Source of the DNA: Octopus sinensis
Taxonomy: Eukaryota
DNA: 64,000 bases
Reading direction: 5' to 3'
Assembly (NCBI RefSeq): GCF_006345805.1
Contig: NC_043012.1
Span: 45,818,001 to 45,882,000 of the forward strand
The notes under the pieces are model-generated. The model did no database searches, was not told the origin of the DNA, and worked only from the letters and a program-made list of their open reading frames with translations. The first letter of the stretch is position 1, and the number at the start of each line of letters is the position of its first letter. A program made the position numbers and the translations under genes. This document shows positions 27,879 to 41,619 of this stretch, piece after piece.

Positions 27879-28545
27879 TAAATAAATGGAGTTGAACGCA
27901 GATGCTATTCAAATTCTTTTACTTTTGACATATGTTTCGAAGACAACATTGGTTTTATTCGAAAGGAATAAACGGTGTAAAATGCAATCTTATCATCAGG
28001 AAAGAAAGAGAACAACAAGACGTTATTACAATTTTGATGACTGCATAAATGATAAACAGAACGCTATTAAGTATTTAAAAAAAAACCGTTAGTAGATCCG
28101 ACATCAAAGGAAGAGAAGGGGTAAAGAAATAATAAGAACAAATAAAGGAGGATATATTGATTGAAAAAATGTTCAAAGTTTTGGAAGTAGATTTCCCTAT
28201 TGAAGTAACGTGCAAGTTGAACTAAATGTTCAAACTATGAAGACGGGTAAAAATCCCTTATATGAGCTAAAGGTATGTTTCTGCCAATACTTATATTTGT
28301 AAGATCGCTCTCAAAGTGCATCCTTGTTCAATCTGTTAAAAGCGGAAACCCCTATAAACTTACCAAGAGCCACTATATATATGTTATAATGTCTTGTTGT
28401 TGAGATAGGTTCTCTTTCTTTCCTGATGAGAAGATTGCATTTTACACTGTTTATTTCTTTGGAATAAAACCAATGTTGTCTTTGAAACATATGTCGAAAG
28501 TAAAAGAATTTTAATAACATCTGCGTTCAACTCCATTTATTTACT
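27877..28545. mobile_element. Foldback/MITE-like element with ~160-bp inverted arms
   Basis: 27877-28035 aligns with the reverse complement of 28381-28545 (about 10 substitutions, one indel). TA-rich flanks. Confidence 0.8.
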
Positions 28546-28694
28546 TATACTACACAAATTACTGCACATTAACCCGGAGTTTCTACCTTTGAATAGACCG
28601 CTACATCCTTGTTACTTACGTGAATTTGGCTACCCTGGTAATTGTTTATTGAATTTTCCATGTTAACGGTAAATAAAGGATAATTCATTCACCC

Positions 28695-28764
<70 letters not shown>

Positions 28765-29129
28765 TATATATATACACATAACATATACACACACATATAT
28801 ATATACGTTGTGTATGTGGGTGTATGTGTGTGTACATGCGTGTGGATGTAAAGAAATTGTACCAATGTTATATTTTGATATATATAAGCATATTTAATAA
28901 ATGTTTAAAGCATGCCATAATGAAATTATTTGATAATTAATTCGGTACGCCTCTCTATTTAAAAGTTTTGCTATGTCTTTCGTTTCGGAATTTGGATTTT
29001 TATATAGAACTGGTAGTTTTGGCAGGTTAGGGAGAATAACGTTAAACTTTATATGCTTTCCACAGAGTGAAGGTAGGTGTTGACAGATGATTCATAAACA
29101 GAAAGGTGTTGTCAATATTAGGTTAATAT

Positions 29130-29345
29130 AAGGCGGCAAACTGGTAGAACAGTTAGCACAATGGTCAAAATGCTTAGAGGTATGTTGTCCGTCTTTACGT
29201 TCCGAGTTCAAATTCCACCGAGGTTGTCTTTGCATTTCATTCTTGAGGGGTCGTTAAAATAAGTATCAACTGAGTACTGGGGGTCAATGTAATCAACTCT
29301 TCCCTTCTCTCGAAATTGCTGGCCTTGTGGCAAAATTTGAAACCA
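29130..29345 (+). mobile_element. SINE family B copy
   Basis: Similar to other family B copies. Confidence 0.75.
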
Positions 29346-30500
29346 AAAATAATATAATCAGGTGACACTCCAGGAGTATCTCGTGATTAAAATCTACTGT
29401 ATATATGATTCAAATCTACTGTATATATGATTCTCAAAAGATACTGCTTCTTGTCCATTTAAATGTTTATTGTTTACTTACACATTATACATTTTGGCTT
29501 GCAGACAAAATCAAAGGTTGACGCTTGGATTCTCAGTTTATTATATAAATTTTCTAGTTTGTTCCATTAGTTATATTTGCTAAGAATGCAAGCGAAAACC
29601 CCTGACTAATGTACTTGCAATACGTGGTATATATGAAAATGTTAACATATGTGTATATTAATTTCAGGCGTTAAGAAATTTTTTATTACAATTATAGAAC
29701 GAAATCATATAACGTAGTACAAGTGAATGTTTTGTATTGAAGTAATTTTTACGTTAATTTCCTCAGAAATATGCGTACATCATATTGAAGAGTTTTCATT
29801 TGGAAGAAGGAATGAATGCCACAAACGGAGAGTAGATAATAATGTACTGGTTTAAAATAAATTGAGAGCAGCCTGTTTGCTGGAACGAACGGTCATCTTC
29901 AGTGATTAAAGAAGGAGCTGATATACACGATTGGAAGAAATAATGATTAGATATTTGCTGTTATAGCTCTAAGGATATACAAGAAGAAATAGGTTTCCTG
30001 TAAACAGAGGCACATCATATATAATGCAAAGGAATTTCAAAAACCCAGCACTTTGAAGATGGCTAAAAAGAAGTCTTGTATGTGATTGCAAGAGAAATGT
30101 TCGTTAAAAAAGTGTTTTATGAATGAATTGCTTTGATATATATCTATTGCTGCTAACCTGTATCTAAGTAGATTCTTTTCAATGAAGCCGTGCAAAGAAG
30201 ATTAGACTTTTGATGTAGTTCAACACGCTTAATTGAATTTTTAATGTATTCAGGATTTGGGTGTGAAAGTCCTTTACGCAGTGATATACGGGAAAACTTC
30301 GGCAAATTTTGTAAATGCTGATTAGCCGAAACAGAAATAATAAAATAATTAACTGATGCATTTTAAACTTTTAAAACGCAATTTTAAATGTATATATATA
30401 TGTGTTTATATCAATTTATGTATCTATCTATGTATTTATGCATGTATGTATGTATGTATGTATGTATGTATGTATGTATGTATGTATGTATGTATGTATG

Positions 30501-30533
<33 letters not shown>

Positions 30534-30629
30534 GTGTGTCTGTCTGTCTGTCTATCTGCCTATCTATCTATATATTTGTCTGTGTGTCTATCTATCTATC
30601 TATCTCTCTATCTATCTATTTATCTATCT

Positions 30630-31133
30630 AGTAGAGAGGCAAGTTTTGTCTAGCGAATGTTTTAAAAAAAGATGGGTGAATGTAGCAAGAATGGCACGTA
30701 TGAATGACGAAGCCACCTTGAGCATAGTCCTATGAACCCAGAAATCGAAAACAGAGAGTTGCTTATTTGCAAAAAAAAAAAAAAAAAAAAAAGAAATATA
30801 AAATGTGACTTCATTGACCGAGGTTACCGTGGTCTTTTCCGCAGGCTTTTCTTTCCACGGGTAAACCTCACCTGTCCTCCCCTTTACACTTCATATTGAC
30901 ATTTCTGTGATAACGATCCCTATTGATCATTTTTTTTTCCCCCCCCCCCCCCTTTTTTTTTTTTTTTTTTAACCCCCCTTATTTTTGTCCTCTTTCTCTC
31001 CTTTTACGATCCCTTTTGATCGAACCTCCCCCTTCCTTTTTTTTTTTTTTTTTTTTTTAATACCTTCAAAAGAAAAGCTCTACCTTGTAATTTGTTCTAT
31101 CTGTGTGCAGCCCTGTGTGGCTAATAAAGAAAC
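30630..31133 (+). mobile_element. Tx1/L1-clade LINE copy 3 (short 3' fragment) inside (TATC)n
   Basis: [22 protein letters not shown] plus the 3' UTR as in copy 1; TATC arrays on both sides. Confidence 0.88.
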
Positions 31134-31186
31134 ATATCTATCTATCTATCTATTTATCTATCTATCTGTCTGTCTTTCTATCTCTG

Positions 31187-31236
<50 letters not shown>

Positions 31237-31284
31237 CCTATCTCTCTATCTACCTATCTGTCTATATGTCTGTATGTCTGTCTG

Positions 31285-31345
<61 letters not shown>

Positions 31346-31348
31346 ATC

Positions 31349-31419
<71 letters not shown>

Positions 31420-31426
31420 ATCTATC

Positions 31427-31866
31427 TGTTTTAAAAATAGATGGGTGAATGTAGCAAGGATGGCACGTATGAATGACGAAGCAACCTTGACTATGATTCT
31501 ATGAACTGTAAAAATTAATACAGAGAGTTGCTTATTTCCAAAAAAAAAAAAAGAAATATAACATGTGACTTCATTGACCGAGGTTACCGTGGTCTTTTCC
31601 GTAGGCTTTTCTTTCCACCTGTCCTCCCCTTTACACTTCATATTGACATTTCTGTGATTACGATCCCTATTGACCAACTATTTTTTTCCTTTCCCCTTTT
31701 CTTCCCCCCCCTTTTTTTTAAATCCTTCCCTTTTTTTGTCCTCTTTCTTTCATTTTACGATCTCTTTTGATCGAAAACCAACCCCCTTTTTTTTACCCCC
31801 AAAAGAAAAGCTCTACCTTGTAATTTGTTCTGTCTGTGTGCAACCCTGTGTGGCTAATAAAGAAAC
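31427..31866 (+). mobile_element. Tx1/L1-clade LINE copy 4 (short 3' fragment) inside (TATC)n
   Basis: Same 3' end gtggctaataaagaaac-atatct; TATC arrays at 31135-31426 and 31868-32044. Confidence 0.88.
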
Positions 31867-31884
31867 ATATCTATCTATCTATCC

Positions 31885-31978
<94 letters not shown>

Positions 31979-31996
31979 ATATCTATCTATCTATCT

Positions 31997-32045
<49 letters not shown>

Positions 32046-32049
32046 ACTT

Positions 32050-33100
32050 GGATCCTATTAGTGAAGGATCTTTCTTCCTGTTATTCAAAAAACATTAACA
32101 GCAGATATGATATCATCATCACTGTAACACTGGTTCCCGCTCAAGTATTTTTTCATGTTGGGAAACAGATAATTGTGAAACGGAACCAAATTACGAGAAT
32201 AGGGAAGGTGATCCGCTGGTTCACAGCCGTAGCCACACATTGCAACCACTGAGACCAAGATCTTGTGCAAAGCAGTATTGGTCTGATGAGACAAGACTCC
32301 TTCCGTCAGTTTTGCGAGGCCTTTCGTCTTTGTAGCCTTTCGTAACTCCAACAGTATGTTCGCAAATTACTCTCCATTGATAGTGTGGCTCTTTTGAAGA
32401 TGGTCAATGAACGCAATGTTTTGGCCAAAAAATTAAGGTCATCCCCTCTCCTGCAAATGGAACGACATTAGCTTCCTTTGGAGCACAATGAGGAGCGGGG
32501 TTTTCGCTGCTGCATCAATCGATTGTATCTTTGTATATAGTCCAAAGTTATGAACCGAACAGTCAGCTTAGTATAGGAAACATTCAAGGAAGCCAGCTGG
32601 ATTTGCTTTTCATCTGGTGTCAGAAGCCTGCTGAGCAGAGCTTCATTATGCCAAGTAGAATTTTGTTAACTCTTTCGCGAGATATTCTAACATTGGCCAT
32701 TTGATTTATAGTCAATTGCCTGCCATCCATCACCATGTGATGAACACGATCAATATTTTCAAAGGTGATGACAGTGGAAGGACGTCCAAACTTTGGGTCA
32801 TCTTCAAGAGAGTCTTTTCCCCTCCTAAATTCAGTTGCCTACTTTTGCACGTTTGATAAACCTGGAGTGTCATCTTCTTAGGTAGCAACCATGTTGGTGT
32901 AAATATCGTTTTGTCCATTTTCAAGTGACGTCATTACCAATTACATTTGAAGCTTTCATTGAACAGTCAGATATGAAGAAAATCTGGACAGAAGCAATAT
33001 AGTTATTAATAAGTAAAGTTCAAATTAAATGCATGCGAGATTTCACAGTTCTAGCACTGCCCTTTCATAGCGCATATAGGAACTATTTAGCCTTCCCTCG
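32050..33100 (-). mobile_element. Degraded mariner transposon
   Basis: DHLPYSRNL..YLFPNMKKYL.GNQ..SDDDIISAV (HPPYSPDLAP-like). TA-cgagggaagg terminus at 33100-33102; the 3' end is lost at the TATC array. Confidence 0.75.
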
Positions 33101-33966
33101 TATTGCAATCAGTATATGTTCATAGATTAAAAAATGGCGCAGTTATAATGAATAGCCCAATAAGGAAAGTAATCATATTCTAACTGTCCTTCATGGATTG
33201 TCATTTCATAAATTCATATGCAATACATATACATAAATATACATATAGAACGAACACATGCATATAAACGCACACACAAACACGCATACACATATACACA
33301 CACATACACAGATACACAGATACACAGACGCGCGCACATACATATATATACATATTTTATACGTTGGAAATTTGCTTGGAGTATGGTCTCGAAATGTATT
33401 TTCGAAATAGTCCATTTTTGAGCTTTACTGATGGCTGCCATATATTTCATCTGGCAGTTCAAGCATCTTTGCCGATAAGGGGCACTGAACTGCAGACAAC
33501 AGGTGTGAAGGCCATTAAACAATCGGACTTGGGTGACTGTAGGAAGTTCTAGGCAATAAGGAGTGTCTTCAGGCCTGGCTCAACTTACGTTAGACCAGAG
33601 GCTTCTCTACCGTACTTGTTACTTCCATTGTATACTTCTGTAACACTTTGAAATCTTTTAGGATTATTAATTAGTCTACCCGTCTGCGTCTTTATTTCAT
33701 TATCATGTGTTGTTGGTCATTGGTCCCTATGCTTTGTGTGCGTACCAGTTGAACACTGGGAGGCTTTCAACGTGGGTTTTGGAGATTGCTTGGGATGTCC
33801 ATTACAGAGTATTCTTGTATGCCTACGACTCATCTCTCACTTGATTGCTCTATCTTTAATTGCCGTCAGGTTACCATCTGTCATCGCTCTACAGTTGTCG
33901 CCTTGTCTGTTCTTGGTTCGTACTTGTGGTAAGGAATCCATACTTCAGCGACAACTATTTTTATTC

Positions 33967-34117
33967 AGTTCTATATTTAAGAGATGAGGAATTATGTGCA
34001 TTATTTACATTGTTTACAATTGACAGATATTTGTCCTCATCTTGTTTGTTGTTAACAGAACGTTTCGGCTGATATACCCCCCAGCCTTCATCAGGTGCCT
34101 TGGGGGAAATGTTGAAC
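33967..34117 (-). repeat. Inverted copy of the SINE 3' tail (hammerhead-like pLTR)
   Basis: The reverse complement matches 34403-34520. Confidence 0.85.
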
Positions 34118-34233
34118 AGGGATATATGGCGTAGTGGTTAAGAGCGCGGGCTACTAACCCCAAGATTCAGAGTTCGATTCCAGGCAATGACCTGAATAAT
34201 AATAATAATAAAATAATAATAATAATAATAATA

Positions 34234-34264
<31 letters not shown>

Positions 34265-34303
34265 GTTAATAATAATAATAATAGTAATAATAATAATAAC
34301 AAC

Positions 34304-34373
<70 letters not shown>

Positions 34374-34520
34374 TCGAAAAATACCTTGCGAATGAGAATC
34401 TAGGTTCAAATTTCCCCAAGACACCTGATGAAGGCAGGTGTGTATATCAGCCGAAATGTTGTGCTAATAACAAACAGGATGAGGACTAATATCCGTCAAT
34501 TGTAAATAATGTTAATAATG
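34118..34520 (+). mobile_element. tRNA-headed SINE with (AAT)n body and Penelope-type hammerhead-like tail
   Basis: A-box TGGCGTAGTGG, anticodon-like stem and B-box GTTCGATTC, then (AAT)n 34196-34371, then gacac-CTGATGA-a-ggc..gcc-GAAA-tgtt-gtgct at 34420-34465. Confidence 0.75.
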
Positions 34521-34922
34521 TATTTTTTATTGTTCTCCTCCACACCTATATCAGTAAAACTATTATGTAATATTTAAACAAAGTCGCCCAAATGGGAAAA
34601 TATGTCCACTAAAAGCATATGTTCATGCTTTCCACCAGCATCTATCTGTGGACATAAGTTTAGTTAACTTCGTCATGATTTATCGTCAATAGTTACGGTC
34701 CACTAGGACAGTGCGCCATTGTATGTGAAGAAAAAGGTGTCCCTATTTATGTTATTGGATTCCTAATAATGTAGTGACCGGTTATGGGAAACTCTGATTT
34801 GCAAACTATCAGTATTTACACTGGTACCTAACTTGTAAAATAGGTAAATAATAAATTAAGCACTAACAACAGAATTACAATTCGTACACATATATGTATT
34901 GAAAGAGTACAAAATTTTACGG

Positions 34923-34965
<43 letters not shown>

Positions 34966-34987
34966 ACATACACACACATACATACAT

Positions 34988-35065
<78 letters not shown>

Positions 35066-35073
35066 TTATATAT

Positions 35074-35457
35074 AGGAGTGGCTGTGTGGTAAGTAGCTTG
35101 CTAACCAACCACATGGTCCCGGGTTCAGTCCCACTGCGTGGCATCTTGGGCAAGTGTCTTCTGCTATAGCCTTGTGAGTGGATTTGGTAGACGAAAACTG
35201 AAAGAAGCCTGTCGTATATATGTATATATATATGTGTGTGTGTATGTGTGTGTGTTTGTCCCCCTAGCATTGCTTGACAACCGATCCTGGTGTGTTTACG
35301 TCCCCGTCACTTAGCAGTTCGGCAAAAGATACCGATAAAATAAGTACTGGGCTCACAATGAATAAGTCCCGGGTTCGATTTGCTCGACTAAAGGTGGTGC
35401 TCCAGCATGGCCGCAGTCAAATGACTGAAACAAGTAAAAGAGTAAAAGAGTAAAAGA
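35074..35457 (+). mobile_element. tRNA-derived SINE family A
   Basis: Homologous to the 22638 copy; A and B boxes intact. Confidence 0.85.
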
Positions 35458-35552
35458 TATATATATATATATATTCAAAATGTGACCGCATGTGTACCGT
35501 TGGCGACTTTTTTTCCTCCGTCTTCCCTTCTTTGGATCTTTCCTTTTCCTAT

Positions 35553-35587
35553 GTTTCTGACGAAGAGCTCCGCTCGAAACATTAAAC
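35553..35587 (+). ncRNA. Minimal type I hammerhead-like motif in a solo Penelope-type pLTR
   Basis: gttt-CTGACGA-a-gagc(tcc)gctc-GAA-ACAT-T-aaac: canonical core, stem I GTTT/AAAC, stem II GAGC/GCTC. Confidence 0.65.
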
Positions 35588-35677
35588 CCTACTTCTTTCC
35601 TGAGCGTCCAATGACACTATACTTGTTCCACATTCTCGCGTTGTTGTGTTTTCTCTTTGTGTTTCATGTTTGGATTA

Positions 35678-35738
<61 letters not shown>

Positions 35739-35777
35739 AAGTGGAGTTGTGGGGTACCGCACTAGCGGAATTATATA

Positions 35778-36176
35778 CGAAAGAAGGTTTGAAAATGCAA
35801 TTTAAAAGATGTTTATTTACTTTACCGGTTTCACTCTTTGGAAAAAGATTGTCAAAAGTAACATGTAGAAGTTTGGTTGCGTTAATTATTGGTAGTTGCA
35901 AATTGCTACATTACATATATACAGTCTTTGGTAACAGGGGCATGTTAAGGACATAAAAAAGTTCAACAAGTTCCTTAAAATATTGGGTACAAAATATTAC
36001 TACATAAATAATCGTTTTCAAGGACATACTTAAGATAGTTTCCAGAAGGAATTGATATTAGTATTGTATCTGTATATTCAAACATGCACAGAATATTGGT
36101 TGACAATCTTTTTCCAAAGAGTGAAACCGGTAAAGTAAATAAACATCTTTTAAATTGCATTTTCAAACCTTCTTTC

Positions 36177-36177
<1 letters not shown>
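35778..36177. mobile_element. 400-bp MITE with perfect 78-bp TIRs and TA flanks (Tc1/mariner-like)
   Basis: 35778-35855 is the exact reverse complement of 36100-36177; TA on both sides; begins TA-CGA like mariner ends. Confidence 0.85.
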
Positions 36178-36224
<47 letters not shown>

Positions 36225-36830
36225 AGAAAGATTAACACGTTTATTTCCCTTACCTCCGTGAACAGAAAAACTGAGAATAATCAAACTCAAATTTCTTCTC
36301 TGCTTGAAAGCTCAGAAAACGTATACACCCACACGTGATAGCTTTAGAATCCCAACAAACACGCTAGATATATGGTAGTACCAGCAAACAGAAAATTCCA
36401 ATTTGCATAATATTAGCACCTAAGCTGTTAGCTAATTTAATTTAGGTTCTATAAAGATATGAGTTTTTCTAATAACTCAACTGATAATGCATAATTTAAT
36501 ATTTAATTAAATTAGCTTCCAGCGTAAGCACTGATGTTATGTAAATTGAGTCGTATAATTTGAGGATTATAAAGTCATTAATTGTTAACTGAGCGAAGAG
36601 TACATTATTCTGGGAATGGATCCAAATAGAGCCACATCACCTGACTGTCGTTGGCCACACACAACATAAATATAAGTGGCATTACCGTGTGTTTATCAAT
36701 ATATTTACGTGTGTCTCCATACACACATACATTCATACATGCACACATACATATATATACATATATGTATGCATATGTATGTGTATATGTATATAGATAG
36801 ATATAAATGCCTATGTATACGTACGTACGT

Positions 36831-36897
<67 letters not shown>

Positions 36898-38160
36898 GTA
36901 TATATATGAGTGTGTACGTGTGTTATGTGTTATAGAATAGATCTATTTATTTCATTCAGCCCAGCTTTTATTAACTACAAGCAGGACACGCATACACACT
37001 TTTTTTTCAATATCGCTGTGTTTCCATATCCACTGTAATATGAAGAAAAATCCTAACTTTCAGGTTGGCATTACTGACTAGCAGCATGTTCACAGGTAAT
37101 AGATGTGCGCCAATTTAATAGAGTGACGAATAATTCACGCTCTTTTGGGATAGACTGAATTACGTAATAGATATTTTAGTTCTTGGCTTTCATATTTTGG
37201 TGCACTTAGAAAATGCTGCTTAATTATGAATAGGAAGTTTGTCGATATGTTGCTGGATTCACTTACGTGGATTGAAAGAGTAAACCATGCTCTTTTTTCT
37301 TATCCAATAATTATGAAAAGTGATGTTAATTCTCAGCATAGTTTGACGCTCTCACACAATCCGATACACACTGAATGAAGTCCTCATCCATGAATGAGGA
37401 AATCATTGTTACCATGAGTGTAATTTTCTTGGTCATACCTACAGTTATTGTATTGCTTGCTGAACATTGAGAAGGTAAATAAAATGTATTATATATTGTG
37501 TCAATAGCAGTTATGTAATCTTGATGGTAAATTCATGAAACACGTATATGTTCTATGAAGTATTTAATTTGATCACTGTTTTCCCTATTTATCTATTTCT
37601 GTTACGTGTTTCGCTTTTCGCCCACTAGGCTAACTCGCAGTTTGATGCCCCACGTTCAGTCTCCCTGTATGTACGATCTGCGTGTAGTACCTACTGATGA
37701 GCCCAAACTTTGTCTACGGTCGTACTTCACAGCACGATTCTCCTTTCACAACACGATTACAACGATCTCTTCCTATCACATGATAATAAAATACTTTCTT
37801 GAAATCATATTCGCTGTTACCAATCTAATTCTTTGTGGTCGACAAGGTGTCTGGAGGGTGAATTAAGGGGACTTTGTCTTCGCATGCTGATGTAGAGTGT
37901 AAGTTTAAAATGTTTTCACGTGTGCAACAAGAAATATTTACTGGTTGGTCGACTTATGGTTATACGTTTTCGTATTTGGAACACAAATATATATTTGGAA
38001 AGGTCTGTCTGGAAGCAGAATATCTCCTCATTGGAGATTTCTTTGGAGGAGAAGTGGCTAGAAATGTCGTACTAATGTGTACCATATGAACATGAAATAA
38101 AATGTGAGGTAACAAGTTTGATGTCATACGCACACATATATAACACTCACGAACAACAAC

Positions 38161-38191
<31 letters not shown>

Positions 38192-39227
38192 CCCACACAT
38201 ACACTCACACACGAGATTCTTCTTGGAGTTACAAAAGGGTTTCCAGATATCAGTTTCTAGGTTTAGAGGAACTTCTAGTAGGTTGACCATGTTTAGCATA
38301 GGAGCAAATGAAATTTTAAATCCTAGGTTAATAAAAAATATCTACCAGATTTTCTTAAGAATATATAGAACATATATATGACTGCCATACGATATCCACA
38401 ATTCATCGTTCCTGTATAAATCGATACAGTGTGTAGAGACTTTGTATTTCCATATATCTATAAAGTATTGGACTATCAGGTCGCACATATCAGATTTATC
38501 ATTGTATTATTTAGAAAAAATGACAGAAAGATTAAAGTGGAATAGCTCCATATATAAACATTGCGACATTAGGTATAAAATTATAGTATGCACAAAAAAA
38601 GCCAAAAGCCAACAATAAAAAGCATATTGACAAATGAAACGACGGCATTCACACACATATCAGGTTATTAAACCAATATTTGAAAGCAGCCACCAACAGC
38701 GATAACGAGAAACTAGTGATTGAAAGAGTGGACTCCAGTGAAACAAGTAAAAGATAAAAGATAAAGTATCCATTGTGGAAGGATCTGTGGTAATGTGTAC
38801 CTACATGTCTGGTAATTCGATAGTTCGGTAAGTTAAAATTGATTGATTAAATACTCACCCACTGAAAAATGATAATACTGCTCACGAATCGCGTACTTCA
38901 ATTACTGAGTTTCGCAAACAATGAACAATAAAAAAAAAGAAAAAAAAAAGTGCGTTCCTTTGGATTTTGATACCGATTCCATATATTGTATTATCACTAA
39001 ATAATTCTAAAATATAGCTCTTTTGCTTTGCTGTACAAAACGAAATATACCAAGAAATCCATGTAGGAATACTTGTAGTGGAAAAAAATGTATATTATTA
39101 AAATAGAGAAGAAATGGTATTTACGCAGGATTAAAACACATTGGAGAGTAACCGAATAATACATACCATCGCCTGTGGAATGTATCTATGTAGGTATGTA
39201 TCTTTCTATCCATATCGCTCTATATAT

Positions 39228-39308
<81 letters not shown>

Positions 39309-39370
39309 TATATAGCCAAAGAGACGCGCGTGCATATATATTTACGTAGCTGTATAGAAACACAAATATG

Positions 39371-39421
<51 letters not shown>

Positions 39422-39456
39422 GTACATACATACATATATATATGCCTATATATACC

Positions 39457-39489
<33 letters not shown>

Positions 39490-41549
39490 GCTTGTGTTTG
39501 TGTGTGTGTGCGTGTGTACCTATGTGTGTGTATGTGATAGTGTGTAAACGTGATACGTGCTGGTATCTCTGGCTTGGTGTGAGCGGGTGGGCGTGAGATG
39601 TGTTTATGTGTGCACTGGTTATGTATATTTCGTTAATGGTAAAATCCTCAACATTTTAATTTGATGGCTGATGGTTTGGTGCACTCATCAACACGAATCA
39701 GATGAGGTGAGTAGTCGCACCAATTATTCTACCATATAAACTACCATTGGCCTGTCGATTTCCTGTCATGGACAGAACTGCAGCTGCAATTCGGACAATC
39801 TAATATACGCAACCATATGCTTAACTCACTGATTCATCGTCTGGAGCGGAAATTTTTCCGTTCACTGCTTAATTCCACTGAAGCGTAAGGAGAATGTTCG
39901 GGAACGCAGAGGAAAATTAGTGATTACATTGAATGTTGCACACACAAGACAAACATATAGACATAACCTGATACGAAGATAAACACGCAGAGTCTATCAA
40001 AATATTTTTTTATGTGGGATTTAATTTCATAATCACAAGTGTGGGATGAGAAGGTCGTAAAGTCTGTCTACACAAAACATTGATTATGTGATTATTATCA
40101 CTTTACATCACGGGACTCTTTAAGAAGTAGATGATATGTCGAATATTCACTTTTGCTTAATGCCTGTTAAAATATAAGCCGATATCTTGAACTCTTTGGC
40201 TCAAATACGATTCGTATACAGCCATCGTGTCTGACGATTCCAAATCATGACTAAACGAAATGTATGAGGAATAGAAGCTTAGTTTCAAAAAATATTTAAT
40301 CTGGAAATAATTTTCCATAATATGATATTCGCTAGCTATATACTTGTCTAGAGACCGATATGTTTAAGCATCAAAAACATTATAACTTAAGTATACAATA
40401 CACTTGGGTCCTCAATTGATCTGTTTTATCCATATACCTGTGATATTTGAAATATCCTTGATATTTCAACTCAGAACGTAAATCCGGTAGAAGATGTTGT
40501 CATACGTTTTCATCTGATGCGCTAACAGCTCAGCCAACACGCAGCTTTCTTGTAAACCGATAATAAGGGATCAATAACAAAATTTTCCGAAAACTTGTAC
40601 TTATGCAATTTTCCTTCCAATTTATTCTTACAAATAAATCTCATCCTTAATTCTTTTATCGTGAGATGCAAAGAAAAATGTCTTATATCCGAATCGTACA
40701 TCAGTCGATATATATTCGTATTTCATTATACTACAAACACACTTACGATCTGATCATTCTTTGAACACAGCTTCAATAAATAAATTATATTACCATCTTT
40801 TAAAACATCATATTGAGGTTTTCCTAATATATTATTTTTGGTACAGGTTTGAATATTAGGTTAATTTGATAAATTCACTGAGATCTCTTTGTTTGTGTCC
40901 AAATCAAATGGTTCAATCACCATATAACTTATAAAAAAAAAAAAAAAAAAACATCTAATATAAAATGTTTCGCAGAACACTATTGCAATGTTATGAACGG
41001 AGTCGGAAATTATATAAAGACTTAATCTTTAACATTGCAAAGCTACGCATTCAAATTCTATCGCTTAACAAATATTCACGTCATAGAAGTGAAGTGAAAT
41101 CACAAATATATAATTGATGGCATCAGTATTGAACACAAGAAAAATTATTAAGTTCTTGCTTCCCCCGCTCCCCACTCTCTCTCCGGGAATGGTGAATAGA
41201 GATTTTTCCTTGTTTATGTTACAGATAAATTTGCACAAAATACTAAACGTTACTCTTATGTAACTAAAACCCGGCTATCTGATGAATCATCTTTCACGCT
41301 AACAATTTTATGCAGATAACTATAAAAACCGTTCTGAATAGACTACGTACCGCAAAGATACTTGCAGGAAAAAAATTGTCTAAAATTATGCCACAAGCTG
41401 GAAACCTTGGCAACATAACTTTTGGTCACATAAGAGTAACTAGGTACAATCCGTTTAGACCTAGACAAAATTGATGTCAACTTATAAAATATAGAAAAAC
41501 TCTGTTCTCCATATTATCTGCTATATACATGGAATCAGCACAGTCCAAC

Positions 41550-41602
<53 letters not shown>

Positions 41603-41619
41603 ATATATTTATCTATACA

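Noticed and set aside
29385-29432. 22-bp direct tandem duplication (also a ~22-bp duplication near 3550-3612)
   Set aside because: Ordinary slippage duplications with no further structure.
34118-34195. Functional tRNA gene
   Set aside because: The acceptor stem is not intact and the sequence runs into (AAT)n and a repeat tail; it is a SINE head.
37660-37720. CTGATGAG hammerhead-like heptamer
   Set aside because: No stem II or downstream GAAA; incomplete.
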